A DNA stretch of 64,000 bases. Origin: the human T2T-CHM13v2.0 reference genome, Homo sapiens. The translations under genes were made by a program, and so were the position numbers. Below are positions 50,206 to 64,000 of the stretch, piece by piece. Within the stretch, counting starts at the first letter, position 1. Each line of letters opens with the position of its first letter. The notes below the pieces were generated by a model. The model had not been told where the DNA came from, made no database searches, and saw only the letters and a list, made by a program, of their open reading frames with translations. The stretch lies in assembly GCF_009914755.1 (NCBI RefSeq), contig NC_060932.1. One strand, given 5' to 3'.

Positions 50206-50959
50206 TCAAGGGATTGACTATACACCTCAGGCCATCCTGGATCCAGAGGTCTGTGATTCTCTAATAGCATACAAGATTTATTTCCTGTATCTGATTGACA
50301 CACACAGTTTTAGGTGCCACATCTGTCATTGAACACAGGATCATGCAAATGAGCCACATGGTAATACGGCCATCAACCTCAAAACTTGCTCCCATGTGGA
50401 CCACAGCAGATCTGTAATATCTGACCTAGAATTGTGGTAGCTAGAAACAGTTGCATCGTATGTAAAACCAATGTAAAAACCTCCCATTGCAAGGGCATCA
50501 GGCTTTGCCATGCGCTTTGCTGTGGCCAGTGGGACATAGGTGCAAGTGATGTCAACCACTTCTTTCAGAACCTCCTGTGCCTTAGCACCTGCTCCTTTCC
50601 TGTTGCCCAGGAATGACTGTCCCTTCATTCTGGTCCCAGAGCAAAGACGTAAGTAAGAGAGCAGCAGACAGAACAAGGTCTGAACTGACCCAGAAGGGAC
50701 AGACTTCAGGAGTGAGAAACAAACCTTATTGTTGTAAGCCACTCTGAGTGGGGCTTGTTTGTTTCTACAGACTTATTGTGTTATTCCAGGAACTACTAGT
50801 CACAGGGAAACTGAGGGCTAGGGGCAAGTGTGGAGAAATCACACGCTGTAAGAAGTGGCAGGATCCAACACTCCTCCAAACTCACTTCAATTGATGCCCA
50901 GCTTAGAGCTTCTGACTCCCACTGAGCTAGTTCCTGCCTGCATATTCTTGCTCTAGGTG

Positions 50960-51002
50960 TCTCTCTCTCTCTCTCTTTCTCTCTCTCTCCCTCCCTCCCT
51001 CC

Positions 51003-51034
<32 letters not shown>

Positions 51035-51037
51035 TTC
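50960..51037 (+). repeat. (CT)n/(CCCT)n polypyrimidine microsatellite
   Basis: Direct inspection. Confidence 0.93.
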
Positions 51038-51139
51038 TAAATAAGCTTGCCCAGCCTCCCCTTAGTTTCTGATCCTGCCAGCAGGGAGAAGCCAAACCGC
51101 ACTTTCTCCCAGTGGCTCTGTTCTCAGTTCTAGACCTCT

Positions 51140-51949
51140 AAAGAATATAGGGGAGAACTTTCAGGTTGAAATGTGAACTCCTCTGTGGCACAAAGGACTT
51201 GCCTGAGCGTTGTGCTGAGAGACTCAACTAAATTCCAGGCTGGCTTCCACATACACTAAACCTAAACCGTGTCTTAAAGGTTTTGATTTAAACCTAGGTT
51301 TCTTGGCCATGCCAAGTCTTTAACTCAAGAAAATGCAAAGCAGCCAAACCACAAGATGTATGTGGTCCCAAAGCACATTGCCATACCATTTCCAGTATTT
51401 TTTCCACTTACCCTCCTTCTACAATCTTCTATTTACCCATAGCCTCAAATCCCTTTTTGGTTTCCCCCCCGGCTTTTTTTTTTTTTCTTTGAGACAGAGT
51501 CTCACTCTGTCGCCCATGTTGGAGTGCAGTGGCATGATCTCGGCTCACTGCAACCTCCGCCTCTGGGGTTCAGGTGATTCTCCTGCCTCAGCCTCCTGAG
51601 TAGCTGGGATTACAGGCAACTGCCACCACGCCCGGCGAATTTTTGTATTTTTAGTAGAGATGGGGTTTCACCATTTTGGCCAGGCTGGCCTCGAACTCCT
51701 GACCTCAGGTGATCCACCCACCTCAGCCTCCAAAGTGCTGGGATTACAGGCATGAGCCACCATACCTGGCTGATTCCCCCTTTTCTACTTCCCATAGCTC
51801 CTTTTTGTTCTCCCTTTACAAAGCTCAGCCACCTTTGTCTTAGTTGGAGTTGAGCTCAGTTTATAGTAGTCTGTCTCTCCTACTGCAGTCATTTAAAGAA
51901 AACCTGTCTTTCCACCTTCAACAGGTGTCCAGTGTGTTTCTCTTTGACA
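51140..51949 (+). mobile_element. ERV1-class LTR (MER67-like) interrupted by an Alu
   Basis: 3' end GGAGTTGAGCTCAGTTTATA...CTGTCTTTCCACC...GTGTCCAG...TCTTTGACA; 5' boundary uncertain. Confidence 0.55.
51474..51771 (-). mobile_element. AluSx-like SINE
   Basis: CTCCTGACCTCAGGTGATCCACCC; flanks GTTTCCCCCC / GATTCCCCC. Confidence 0.93.
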
Positions 51950-53763
51950 TCAAAGACCCCTGATGGGTACCCCCATCGAGTATCTTCCATTTCTAGGAAC
52001 TCACACTGGAAGTTTCCATTTCTTCTCTGAAAGTATCTTGTTTCTATCAATATACACCACCACCTGGCATGTGAACTCCTTCATAAACCGGTCCCTCTGC
52101 TGGCCTTCCTGACTCATTCCAACTGCCTGCCTTTGCATCTGGCATGTTGTCTGCCTATGGGACCCCTGTAGATGTGCAGCATCTAGCCTAGCCTTGGAAT
52201 CAAGGGTGTTAACCTGGGGAAGGAAACAACCAAGCTGAGCATTAACACCTGACAAGGAACTAACTGTGGAGTAGGTCAATGCAAGGAGATGCATGTATCC
52301 CAGGCAGAAGCAACAGCTGGAGGAAGATCGGGAGGCAAGAAAACAATGCCTGCAAGCAGGAAAATGTTAAGACATTTTAAGAGAGGCCAGGGAGGAAATG
52401 AGACTGCAGGGTTGAGCTAGGCCAGAGCCACAGGAGGTCTTTAAGCAGGGAAAAGTCAAATGAGAGGTTTGGAAAGATCAAAGGGCACTGGGGAGGGAAA
52501 CATTCATCTTATTTACTTCTCACTACCCAGCACTTAGCAGAGTTCTTTTCCAGTTATTCCTTAGCTTATTAGCAAATGTCTGAACACTAACATTTAACCA
52601 CGGGCTTAGTCCATGCCTCATACTTTGCTAGGTGCTCCATGAACACCTCATTTTATGTTCAAAACGAGCCTAAGGGAGAGGCATTGTACTTATCTTCATT
52701 CCACAGAGGAAAAGCTAATGCATAACTTGGTCCCCTAATCTATACGAGGTTGAAGAGTAAGAAAGTAGTAAAGCTGGGGTCAGACTACCTGGGGTCCAGT
52801 TTAAAGCACGCACAGTCTCAAACACTGTTAGGAGCCTAGTGTTCTCCACGCTCCCTGATAAAAGTCACCTGGGGGCTTTGTTAAATTTACAGACCAGGAG
52901 GTCTCAGCTGGGTTCCCAGCAGTCTGCCACTTTGTACTAGTCTGTTAGTTATTGCAAGAGAATAACAAGACTTGCAAGAATCCAGGTGATTGTTGTTTAC
53001 AGGGAAGTTTGGAAAACATCGGGTAATAATATTTGTTGAAGTGAACCACCTGGATGAGAAATGACAGCGCAGAAAAGGATTGAGGAGATGTGTGAGTCCT
53101 GGCAGAGGGCAAGAGGAGAGCAGAGGGAAATTCGGCCCTCTCTGAGTGTCGATGCAACCTCCCAGACCCCTCCAGGATCTAAGGCAGGCAAGAGCCATCA
53201 CGCCCAAGTCATCACCGCAAACATCCAGAACCTCAGAAAGATGCAATAAGACCTGGGTACCTCTCAGCAGCAAGGAACCTTCTGAGATCCTTCTCTGGTG
53301 TCACACCCCGTGTAAGCTGAGCCAGTTCTGCTGAGGATGCACTCCTAAGTTCTTCCTGGCGCAATCAAGCTCACCACCCACAGCTATTAGGGGTGTTTCT
53401 CACATCTGGCCCGACCTTCTCCTTAAGGCAGCCCCATACTTCCCCCAGTGTATCATCCCTGGACATCAAAAAGGACCCTGAGGTTGCTGGGAATTGGCTT
53501 ACTTCCAACCCAACCTCCATCCCCCACCCCACGTGTGCTAGCAGCCTATCCTGTAGTAACTACCACCTACATAGCAATCATCTGCATCTCCTCACTGAAC
53601 ACATGGCTCTCTGATGGCAGGAGCTGGATCTTCTAGCTTTCTCTTCCCAGCCACTAGTACATTTCATACTAAGCTTTCAATTGGCATGTGCGGCATGAAT
53701 TCATGCAATGAATGAACGCAACCTACCCAGGTAGATAAAATTAAGTGTATCAAAGACCTAGAG

Positions 53764-53982
53764 CAGGAGTTGGCAAACTTGTACTGTGAGCAGCCAAATA
53801 GCAAATATTTTAGGCTTTGCCAGCCATATGGTCTCTGTCACAACCATTCAATTCTTCTGTTGTAATATGAAAGCAGCTGTAAATGATACACAGATGAATG
53901 GGTGTGTCAGGGTTCCAACAATATTTACAAAACAGGCTGTGGGTTGGATCTGGTCCAAGGGCCATAGTTTGCCAACCCACTG
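53764..53982 (+). mobile_element. MER58A hAT-Charlie MITE
   Basis: TIRs CAGGAGTTGGCAAACT / AGTTTGCCAACCCACTG; body AAATATTTTAGGCTTTGC..GCCATATGGTCTCTGTCACAAC. Confidence 0.92.
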
Positions 53983-55499
53983 GCTTAACAATTGTCTTGT
54001 TAATTTGAACAAATTACCAACTTGTATGTTTTTTTGCAGTGTCCATCAGTTATTTTACTGAATTTATCAGATCTATAAGAATTACTGGATAGAGGATTAA
54101 ATTATCTCTAAAACAGACACAAGGACCATCCACTTCTACCTCTTAATTCAGCTTATGACACTCCTGCCTAAGAGAAAGTTGTATCGCTCTATGCTTAACC
54201 AACATTGAGACTTGCGCCTTTCTCGCAGATTCGGCCTTGGTTCACCGTTGCAGCTCTTAGCTTTCCTCTCGACTCAGAAAAAAAACTTAGCCCAAGGCCT
54301 CAGCTCCAAGAACCAAATCCCCTTTTCAACTCTAGCCCAGGCCCAGCCTACTCTCCATCACCATCAAAGGGGAGCTCAGGTGAATGTTGTCAAGAGGGGC
54401 AGACAGCAAATCTAAAGCACGGGTAGGGTGCCTGACACTGAAGGCACTCTGTTAATTTTCCCTTCTCTCCTTCTTTCTCCCACTCTCAGCGGGAGGAACT
54501 TGCCACCTGCTGAGAAGATGGGCTGACTGGAGAGCAGCGGTGGTTGTTAGGCAAGGGCTCTTGGCATCCCTGGGAGAGTGACAAGAAATGTAACAAGCTC
54601 CAGATCGCACCTCCTTGTCCAACTGTTCCCACCAGATTGGCTTCTCACTTTGAAAGATTCCCCAGGCAGGTGGCTCAGGACAAAGAGACACCTCTGCGTT
54701 TTACTGCAATCAGCTTCGGTCCTCGTCCTGCATTCTCATCTAACACTTGACACTTCACACATTTTTCCTAGAGCCCTTTGACCTATTCCAGTGTTTCCCA
54801 GATCCAGACCAGTGCAGATCTGTGATGTTTCCACCAGTCCAAGGCGAAATGAAGGAAATAAAAGTGGCTGAAGAGCCCTTTCCTGTTGCCTTCTCCATTT
54901 AGTATATTCAATTCTAATTCTTGTCCTTCCGAGGACTTGTCAGAACCTTTAATTATATATTTATATTAATAGCCGTCTCCCTAGCAGTCTGTATTCTTCA
55001 TGAAGAAAAGACCATGTTTGTTTTCCATTCTGAATGTCCAGTGTGAAGTGTGATTTTCACAATATATCCCAGCTGGCATGGAATGCCAGGTCCCGATGAT
55101 GGGGCATCACCATCGTGGTCAGCACGCTGTACCGGTGGGTTCCAGCTGACTGTCAGCCCTGCCCAAAGCCAGGCATTGTGCTTGCTGTATACTAAGTTGC
55201 AGCAAAGTAAAGTATTTATTTATATCAAATATCAGCATCTTGGGGATGAATGTGGAAAGTTTTTCATAAAGCTAAGTTTAGTCAATTTAAATAACTTTAA
55301 GACAATGTTCTTTCCACTTTCTGATGTGAAAATACTTTTCCTTTTAAAAATGATGGTAGTAAGTTATTCTTTTAATATCCTATTTAGTAGAATAAAATTA
55401 TTGGCAAACGATGTTGGTCCTAAAATCATTTTGATTCATTAGAAGTTCATCAAATCAAGGATTCAGGGAGCTTCTGCCTGACAATAGCTTTCATTATCA

Positions 55500-56985
55500 T
55501 TATTATTAAGCTACAATTCACGTACCATATATTCAAAGAGTTGCACAACCATCACCATTATTTAAATCTGGAACATTTACATCACCCCAGAAGAAACCTG
55601 GTACTATTAGCGGTCAGTCCTGATTTCTACCCCAACCCCTTCTCCTGACAACCACTAGTCTGTTTTCTGTCTCTTTAGATTTGTTTATTCTGGATATTTT
55701 ATATAAATTGAATTATGTACTACGTGACCTTTGTGTCTGGATTCCTTCAATTAGCAATATAAGTTTAAGGATCATTCATGTTGTATCATGTACCAGTACT
55801 TTATTCCTTTTTACGGCTGGAAAATATTCCCTTCGTATGGATATATCACATTTGTTTATCAGTTGGGTTGTTTCAACTTTTTGGCTATTATGAATAATAT
55901 TCTTGTGAACATTTATGCACAAGTTTTTATTAGAAGACCTGTTCTAAATTCTTTTGAATATATACCTAGAAATAGAATTGTTAAGTTATGTGGTAACTGT
56001 ATACTTAACGATTTGAAGAACTACCAAACTGTTTTCCAAAGGGTGTGCCCCATTTGACATTCCCACTAGCAGTTAGGGAGTTCTAATTTCCCTACATTCT
56101 CAATAGTACTTGTTATTCTGCCTATTTAGCCATCCTAGTGGGTGTGGTGTGCTATCGCTGTGGTTTTGATTTACATTTCCCTAGTGGCTGCTGATGTTAA
56201 GCATCTTTTCACATGCTTGTTGACCATCTGTATGTTTTCTTTGAAAAAAAAAAGTCTACTTAAATCATTTGCCCATTTTTAAACTGGGCTATTTGTCTTT
56301 GAGTTGTTGAGTTGTAAGAGTACTTTATGTATTCTGGATATTAGTCCCTTACCAAATATGTGATTTGCAAATATCTTATTCCTTCCTCTGGTTTATTTTT
56401 TAACCTTCTTGATGGTGTCCTTTGCACAAAAGCTTTTATGAAAACTAATTTACTGATTTTTTTCTTTTTTCACTGTGCTTTTGGTACCATATCTAAAAAC
56501 CATTGCTAATCTAAGATCACAAAGATTTGCACCTATGTCTTCATCTAAAAGCTTTATAGTTTTAGTCTTACATTTTGATCTGTGATTCATATTCAGTCTA
56601 TAATCCATTTTGAGTTAATTTTTATATACGATGTGAGGTAGGAATTAAAATTTATTATTTTGTATAAAGATATTTAGTTATCCCTGCATCATTCGTTTTT
56701 TGAAAAGGCTATCATTTCCCCTATTGAATTATCTTGGTGTTCTTGTCAAAAATTAATTGACCATAGATATGTAGGCTTATTGACATACTCTCAATTCTAT
56801 CCCATTGATCTGTGTCTATCCTCATGCTAGGAAGGACCACACAGTATTAACTACTATAGATTCATGGTAAGTTTTAAAGTCAGAAAGTGTAAGTCCTTCA
56901 ACTTTGTTTCTTTTCAAGATTGTTTTGGCTATTCTGGGAACATTGCATATCTTTGTGAATTTTAGGGTCAGCTCATCAATTTCTG
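55500..56985 (-). mobile_element. L1MB-like LINE 3' portion
   Basis: GTTGCACAACCATCACC...CATCACCCCAGAAGAAACC...ACCACTAGTCTGTTTTCTGTCTC...CAAGATTGTTTTGGCTATTCTGGG. Confidence 0.9.
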
Positions 56986-57569
56986 AGATAATGATTTAGG
57001 CCATGATCTGTAGCAGTGTGTGAGGTAGCCTGACCAGAAGCCTGAGCTTGTCCCAATGCCAGCTCATCTCTGGGAAAAATACAGGCAGGCTGGGGAAGCC
57101 TTAGCGAATGGAACCCCACATGGATAACATGGGGCTCCTAGTCTTGAATTCCACTTTTTACAGAGCTTCTGATCCTTACATTTCCAGGGTTTTTACCTTT
57201 CCTGTGTCTTTGACCAAGGGAAAAATACCAGTGATTGTTAAAGAACTTTGCTACCATGGATGCCCAGAGCACACCGTGGTTGCCTATCATGGTTCTCATT
57301 GTGCTATTATCATTGGTTAGTCTTTTTCTCTTTTGGGAAACATGGCAGAGATAGAAACAAAGCCCTTTGTGGTGGTCATGACTCTTCTTCCCAAACTATG
57401 TTCTTCTCTGGGCTCTGGTAAATAGAAGTCACTCTGAACATATGGTTGCATCCTCCCAAGGTCCCTGGATGCTTGTCTTCCTTCCAGGAGAATGCAAGAC
57501 AGTTATGGAGAGGCTGGGGGTAGGGATGGGGGGATCACAAATTCACAGAACATCAGCATTCAAAGATAT

Positions 57570-57940
57570 CCTAAAAACTGGCCAGCTTGGTATTATAAAT
57601 TGGGACAACTTAGACAGCCATTAACAATCTCTAATAAAGCATATGCATAAGCAATTCCTAGACATCCACTTGTTAGTATACTTTCTGGAAAAATGCTCCA
57701 ATATAGACATAGAAGACACACACACAGAAGTTTATGGCTACAGGTTTTGTGAGAACACACACATGAGAAGCTCCCTAACTGTTCTTCTATAAGGAAATAT
57801 ATCAGTGCCTTGTGGTCTTGTAGTGCAATGGAATAGTACACAGAAGATAAAACAAATGCACTGATATGCAAGTCAAGGCACAGGTATATTGATGATGTAC
57901 TGTTGAGAGAAAAATAGCAGGTTACAGAAAAACACAAAAG
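57570..57940 (+). mobile_element. Old L1 (L1ME-like) fragment
   Basis: GTATTATAAATTGGGACAAC...AGCAATTCCTA...ATGGAATAGTACACAG. Confidence 0.55.
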
Positions 57941-57954
57941 AGGCTGTGCTGCTC

Positions 57955-58342
57955 ACTTAGTTAGCTCAGCCTGCCCTAACAAAATACCATAGACTGGGTG
58001 ACTTACATGGTAGAGATTTACTTTTTTCATGATTCAGGAAGCTGGAAGTGTGAGTTCAGGGTGCCAACATGGTCAGGTTCTGGTGAGGGCTGCCTTCCAG
58101 GCTTGCAGACAGCTGCCTTCTCACTGTGGGCTTACTTGGTCTTTCCTCAGTGTGTGTACACAGAGAGAGAGAGAGATATCAAAGTCTCTGGTGTCTCTTC
58201 TTATCAAGGCACTGATCCCATTCATGAGGTTTCCACCCTCATGACCCAATCACCTCACAAAGGCCCCACCTCCTAATGCCATCACGTTGGGAATTTGGGC
58301 TTCAACACATGAATTTGGAGGGAAAACATGAAATCCATAACA
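57955..58342 (-). mobile_element. MLT1A-like MaLR LTR
   Basis: CTAACAAAATACCATAGACTGGGTGACTTA...GGTTCTGGTGAGGGC...CCCTCATGACCCAATCACCTC..AAAGGCCCCACCTCCTAAT. Confidence 0.9.
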
Positions 58343-59259
58343 ATTGCCGATTCTTGCCCCCCCACTAGGCAGAATGGAACCATGTGGGACTAAGGCACAG
58401 AGAAGGTCATTAGCTTACCTATGGCCCCCAGCCAGCCTTCTCAGCCCAGCCCAGTGCCTTCTCTGCCATGCCATGTTGGTCTTCGCAGCCACATCCATTC
58501 CTGTCTGCCTCCATGATTACACTTATAAGAATCTGTGCTATTATCATTACTTTCTTCCATATGCCACCCTCTACTCTCCCCACCCCAATTCTACTTGCCT
58601 TGGATTCCACCAGGACTTCTTTTACTCTTCACCTCCTCTCCTATCCTCAGCAAGGAGACTTTCTTTGTCCTTGGATTGCCTTTGAGTCCTTGTGTCTTCT
58701 CCCAAGAGCTGTTTGCCCACATGTATTTATTTAGTCCACCAATGTGTGTTGAACACCTACTACATGCCAGATCCTCTGCCAGCTCTGGGCATTCATAAAT
58801 AAGATGTGGTCTCAGCTCTAACAGTGTTTGAGGTTTAGTGGCAAATAGATGTAAAACCCTTCCTATATGCCAGACATTGCTATAAGTGCTTTCCAGAAGC
58901 AAATTCAATTAATACATTATCAGTCTCATTTTATAGATAAAGCAACCAAGGCAAAGAAGTTTAGGTAAGCTCCTCGAGGTCACACAGCTACAAGTGGTAC
59001 AGCCAAGATTTGAACACATGGAAGGTAGTGCCAGGGTCTAGCCATGAAGAAAATCGTCATGTAAGCAAACAAAGAAAGATCAGTGCGATGAAGACTGTGA
59101 GACCCACAGCTCAGCAGACTATGGGAACCCAAAGAGGAAGAATGTTCAGGGAAGACTGCCTGGAGGAAGGGACCTTTGAGCTGAGTCATGAGGATGGTTA
59201 GAACTTAGCCAGGTGAATTAGACACGTGTTTTCCAGACAAAAGAAAAACCACATGAAAA

Positions 59260-61254
<1,995 letters not shown>

Positions 61255-61409
61255 CAAAGAACCAGAGCGCCAAGGAGTAAGCATGTCGGCATCCTGTGAG
61301 ATGTTTGGTAAGGCAAGACCAGAAGGATTGAGAGAAGAAACTGGTGGAGGGCAGGCAGAAACCCAACATGCCGTTGGTCCATTTCATATCCTTGCCCTTT
61401 CTTTTTAAG

Positions 61410-61660
61410 GCAACATAATGTAGCTTAATGGCTAAGTGCCCAGGTTTTGAATCCAGAGATTGCTTGGGTTCAGATCTCAGCTCTAAAGCTTCTTAGCTGT
61501 ATGAATTTGGAGCTCATCATGTCTCATTTCCTCATCTGTAAAATGAGAATAATGTTGTGCCTGCCTCACAGGATTGAGGTAAGAATTTAATAAGTTTATT
61601 CACATAAGTTAATGCACTGTCTTACAGCAGTGTTTTGGACCTGGTACGTGTTCTTTATCG
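61410..61660 (+). mobile_element. MIR SINE
   Basis: GGGTTCAGATCTCAGCTCT...TTAGCTGTATGA...TTTCCTCATCTGTAAAATGAGAATAAT...CCTCACAGGATTG. Confidence 0.8.
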
Positions 61661-62831
61661 TCATCCTCATCATCTTTATTTGTTCATTTATTTTTGGAGC
61701 ACACTTATTGTGTTACAGGATCATGCAATTGGAGGATGGAGCTCTGGGGGTAAGTCTTTAAGCTCATGCTTTCAGCTATTCTTGCCAGAAAGTGAACTCA
61801 AGGCTAGTGAGGGGGGATATGCTTCCAGCTTGTCACTTGGAGTAATGCGAAATGTCCCTACATGTCCCTTCCTGATGACAGCAGGCAAGGCCACTACTGA
61901 AAGACAAGGACTTCTATTAACAAGAAGCACAAAGGAGCTCAGCATATTAACATTTGACTTTGCAGAAGGAAAGACAAGGGCATTGAGTGGGTCTCAGAAG
62001 CAGATACGACCTCAGAGGACCCTAGTGGGATCACAGCCAGTAGAGAGATGCTCTCCAGGGGCCTCTGGCAGCAGGCGACCCTGAAGCCCACAGAAAAGAC
62101 CCCAATGGTAATGATCACAACATTATTATTATTACTGTTTTTGACACTTCAGTCCTAACTTACATACCTAGGATGTTTTACATTCAATTAGCACTTATGT
62201 CTATTAGTTTATTTGAACATCACCATACCCGTGCAATTGAGCCGAAGCTGGTCTTATTTTTCCTATTTTACTGATTTGTAAATAGAGGGCCAGTTAAGTG
62301 AGGTGCTTAGTGGCAAACCTGGAATCCTAATCAAGACTCTCCACCTCTCAGGTCAAAGACTATTTTACTATAAATATATCCGTCCTCCTCACTGATTGTT
62401 CCTGAAGAACCAGGCTAGTTTGGGGCCAACTTAAAGAGGAGAATTCACCATCCATGCCATTGACATGAGCTGGCAGTGGCATGGCTGCTGCAGCCTGAGC
62501 ACTCTCTCCTTGAGATGCTGTAGGGAACAAGAAGTCCTACACACCACCCACAGGAGGCTGCACTAGGTCAAGGGTTCCCAGACTTTGGAATCTGATGGAT
62601 CAGTACAGTTTCAAAGAATATTCGTAAGGTTCCCAATTTTGTGTTTTGTAAAGTAAGAACACACACAAAAAAACAAATACTAAGAAAAACTCGACCATAT
62701 AATATCCCAAAGAAAGAATATGTCAGCATTTCCTCCAAATGCCCCATAAAGGAGAAATAATTCAATGTGAGATAAAGGATATTCCCTGCAAGATAGCAAA
62801 GTGAGGACCTTACACTGACACACATCCCATT

Positions 62832-62900
62832 CAGGGCTGCTGTGTATGTTTGTACAGGTTGTGCAGTGCACAACTCCAGTGTTGGGGGTGCCATTCACTA
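62832..62900 (+). mobile_element. MER91-like hAT-Tip100 MITE fragment
   Basis: CAGGGCTGC...ACAGGTTGTGCAGTGCACAACTCC...GGGGGTGCCATTCAC. Confidence 0.65.
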
Positions 62901-62956
62901 GAATTGTCCCTATTTTGCCTTTTTTTTCTCATTTTCCCATAGACCAGCAGAAACTC

Positions 62957-63264
62957 TTTTTTTTTTTTTTTTTTTTTTTTGAGAGATGGAGTCTCAATCT
63001 GTCGCCCAGGCGGGAGTGCAGTGGTGTGATCTCATCACTGCAACCTCCGCCTCCTGGGTTCAAGCAATTCTCATGCCTCAGCCTCCTGAGTAGTTGGGAC
63101 TACAGGTGCATGCTGCCATGCCTGGCTAATTTCTTTCGTATCTTAGTAGAGACGGGGTTTCACCGTGTTGCCCAGGCTGGTCTCAAACTCCTGAGCTCTG
63201 GCAATCCGCCCAACTTGGCCTCCCAAAGTGCTAGGATTACAGGTGTGAGCCACCAAGCCCAGCC
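62957..63264 (-). mobile_element. AluS (Sg7-like) SINE
   Basis: CTCCTGAGCTCTGGCAATCCGCCC; TSD GAAACTCTTTTT / GAAATTCTTTTT. Confidence 0.92.
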
Positions 63265-63504
63265 TGGAAATTCTTTTTAAGAGGTAAACTGGCAGGTTGG
63301 AATACCTTCTATGATGTCAATTCTGTAATCTGCTGTGCTCCAAGGGAATATAGAAACCATCTGGTCCAGAAACTTCAAGGTGTGCTTCAAGAATCACAAG
63401 GGAATCTACCAGGTCTTTTCAAGGGCCACTTACTCTAAGCAGAGCACTAGTCCTTTTTGTCCGATAGCCTTACGTGCAAGCATTTGTTGAAGAAAGCATT
63501 TTGC

Positions 63505-64000
63505 AATAACACATTATTATTAACTAAAGTCCACATTTCACTTGATTTCCTTAGTTTTTACTTAATAACCTTTTTATCTTCCAGCATCCCCTCCACATCC
63601 TACCCCAGCCACATTTTAGTTGTCATGTCTCTTTATGCTCCTCTTGGCAGGACAGCTTCTTAGACTTTCCCTGTTTGCAATGACCATGACAGTTTTGAAG
63701 AGTACTGGTCAGGCATTTTGTCCTTCAACTGGGATTTGTCTGATATTTTCCTCAGGATTAGGCTGGTATTACGGGTTTTGAGGAAGAAGACTACAGAGGT
63801 AAACTGCCGTTTTCATCATATGTCAGGGGTATATACTATCAACATGACATCACTGTTAATGTTGACCTTGATCACCTTGCTAAGGTAGTATTTGCCAGCT
63901 TTTTCCACTCTGGTCACTCTTTTTCTACACTTTCTTATTATGCTGTTTGAAAGAAAGTCACTATGTATAGTCTACACTTCAGAAGTGGGGTGTTATGCTC
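63505..64000 (-). mobile_element. L1MC/MD-like 3'UTR fragment running off the window
   Basis: TTAGTTGTCATGTCTCTTTA...GACAGTTTTGAAGAGTACTGGTCAGG...GGGATTTGTCTGAT...GTTGACCTTGATCACCTTGCTAAGGT. Confidence 0.8.

Noticed and set aside
61635-62084. 149-aa ORF
   Set aside because: It has a non-ATG start in MIR/L2 remnants, no recognisable domain and no splice support.

Overview
This is human-like primate non-coding DNA, either intergenic or deep intronic. It contains Alu elements, including an AluYa5-type copy from a human-specific subfamily, plus L1, L2, MIR, CR1/L3, MaLR/ERVL/ERV1 LTRs and hAT MITEs. I find no supportable protein-coding gene, RNA gene or CRISPR array; the listed ORFs are short and come from repeats or low-complexity tracts. 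Main features are two decayed ERVL-class proviruses on the minus strand (one with a three-level nest of insertions), a 17-copy 43-bp minisatellite, and a ~270-bp retroposed transcript-end fragment inside an MLT1 LTR. The most unusual signal is at least six short (43-141 bp) copies of nearby sequence pasted ~0.3-1.6 kb from their donors, three direct and three inverted. Four are 91-93% identical, and several interrupt older repeats. The clearest is a 130-bp inverted repeat of CR1/L3 reverse-transcriptase sequence around a 1.56-kb spacer. Subfamily names come from recalled consensus features, not a database search. Identity values are hand counts.
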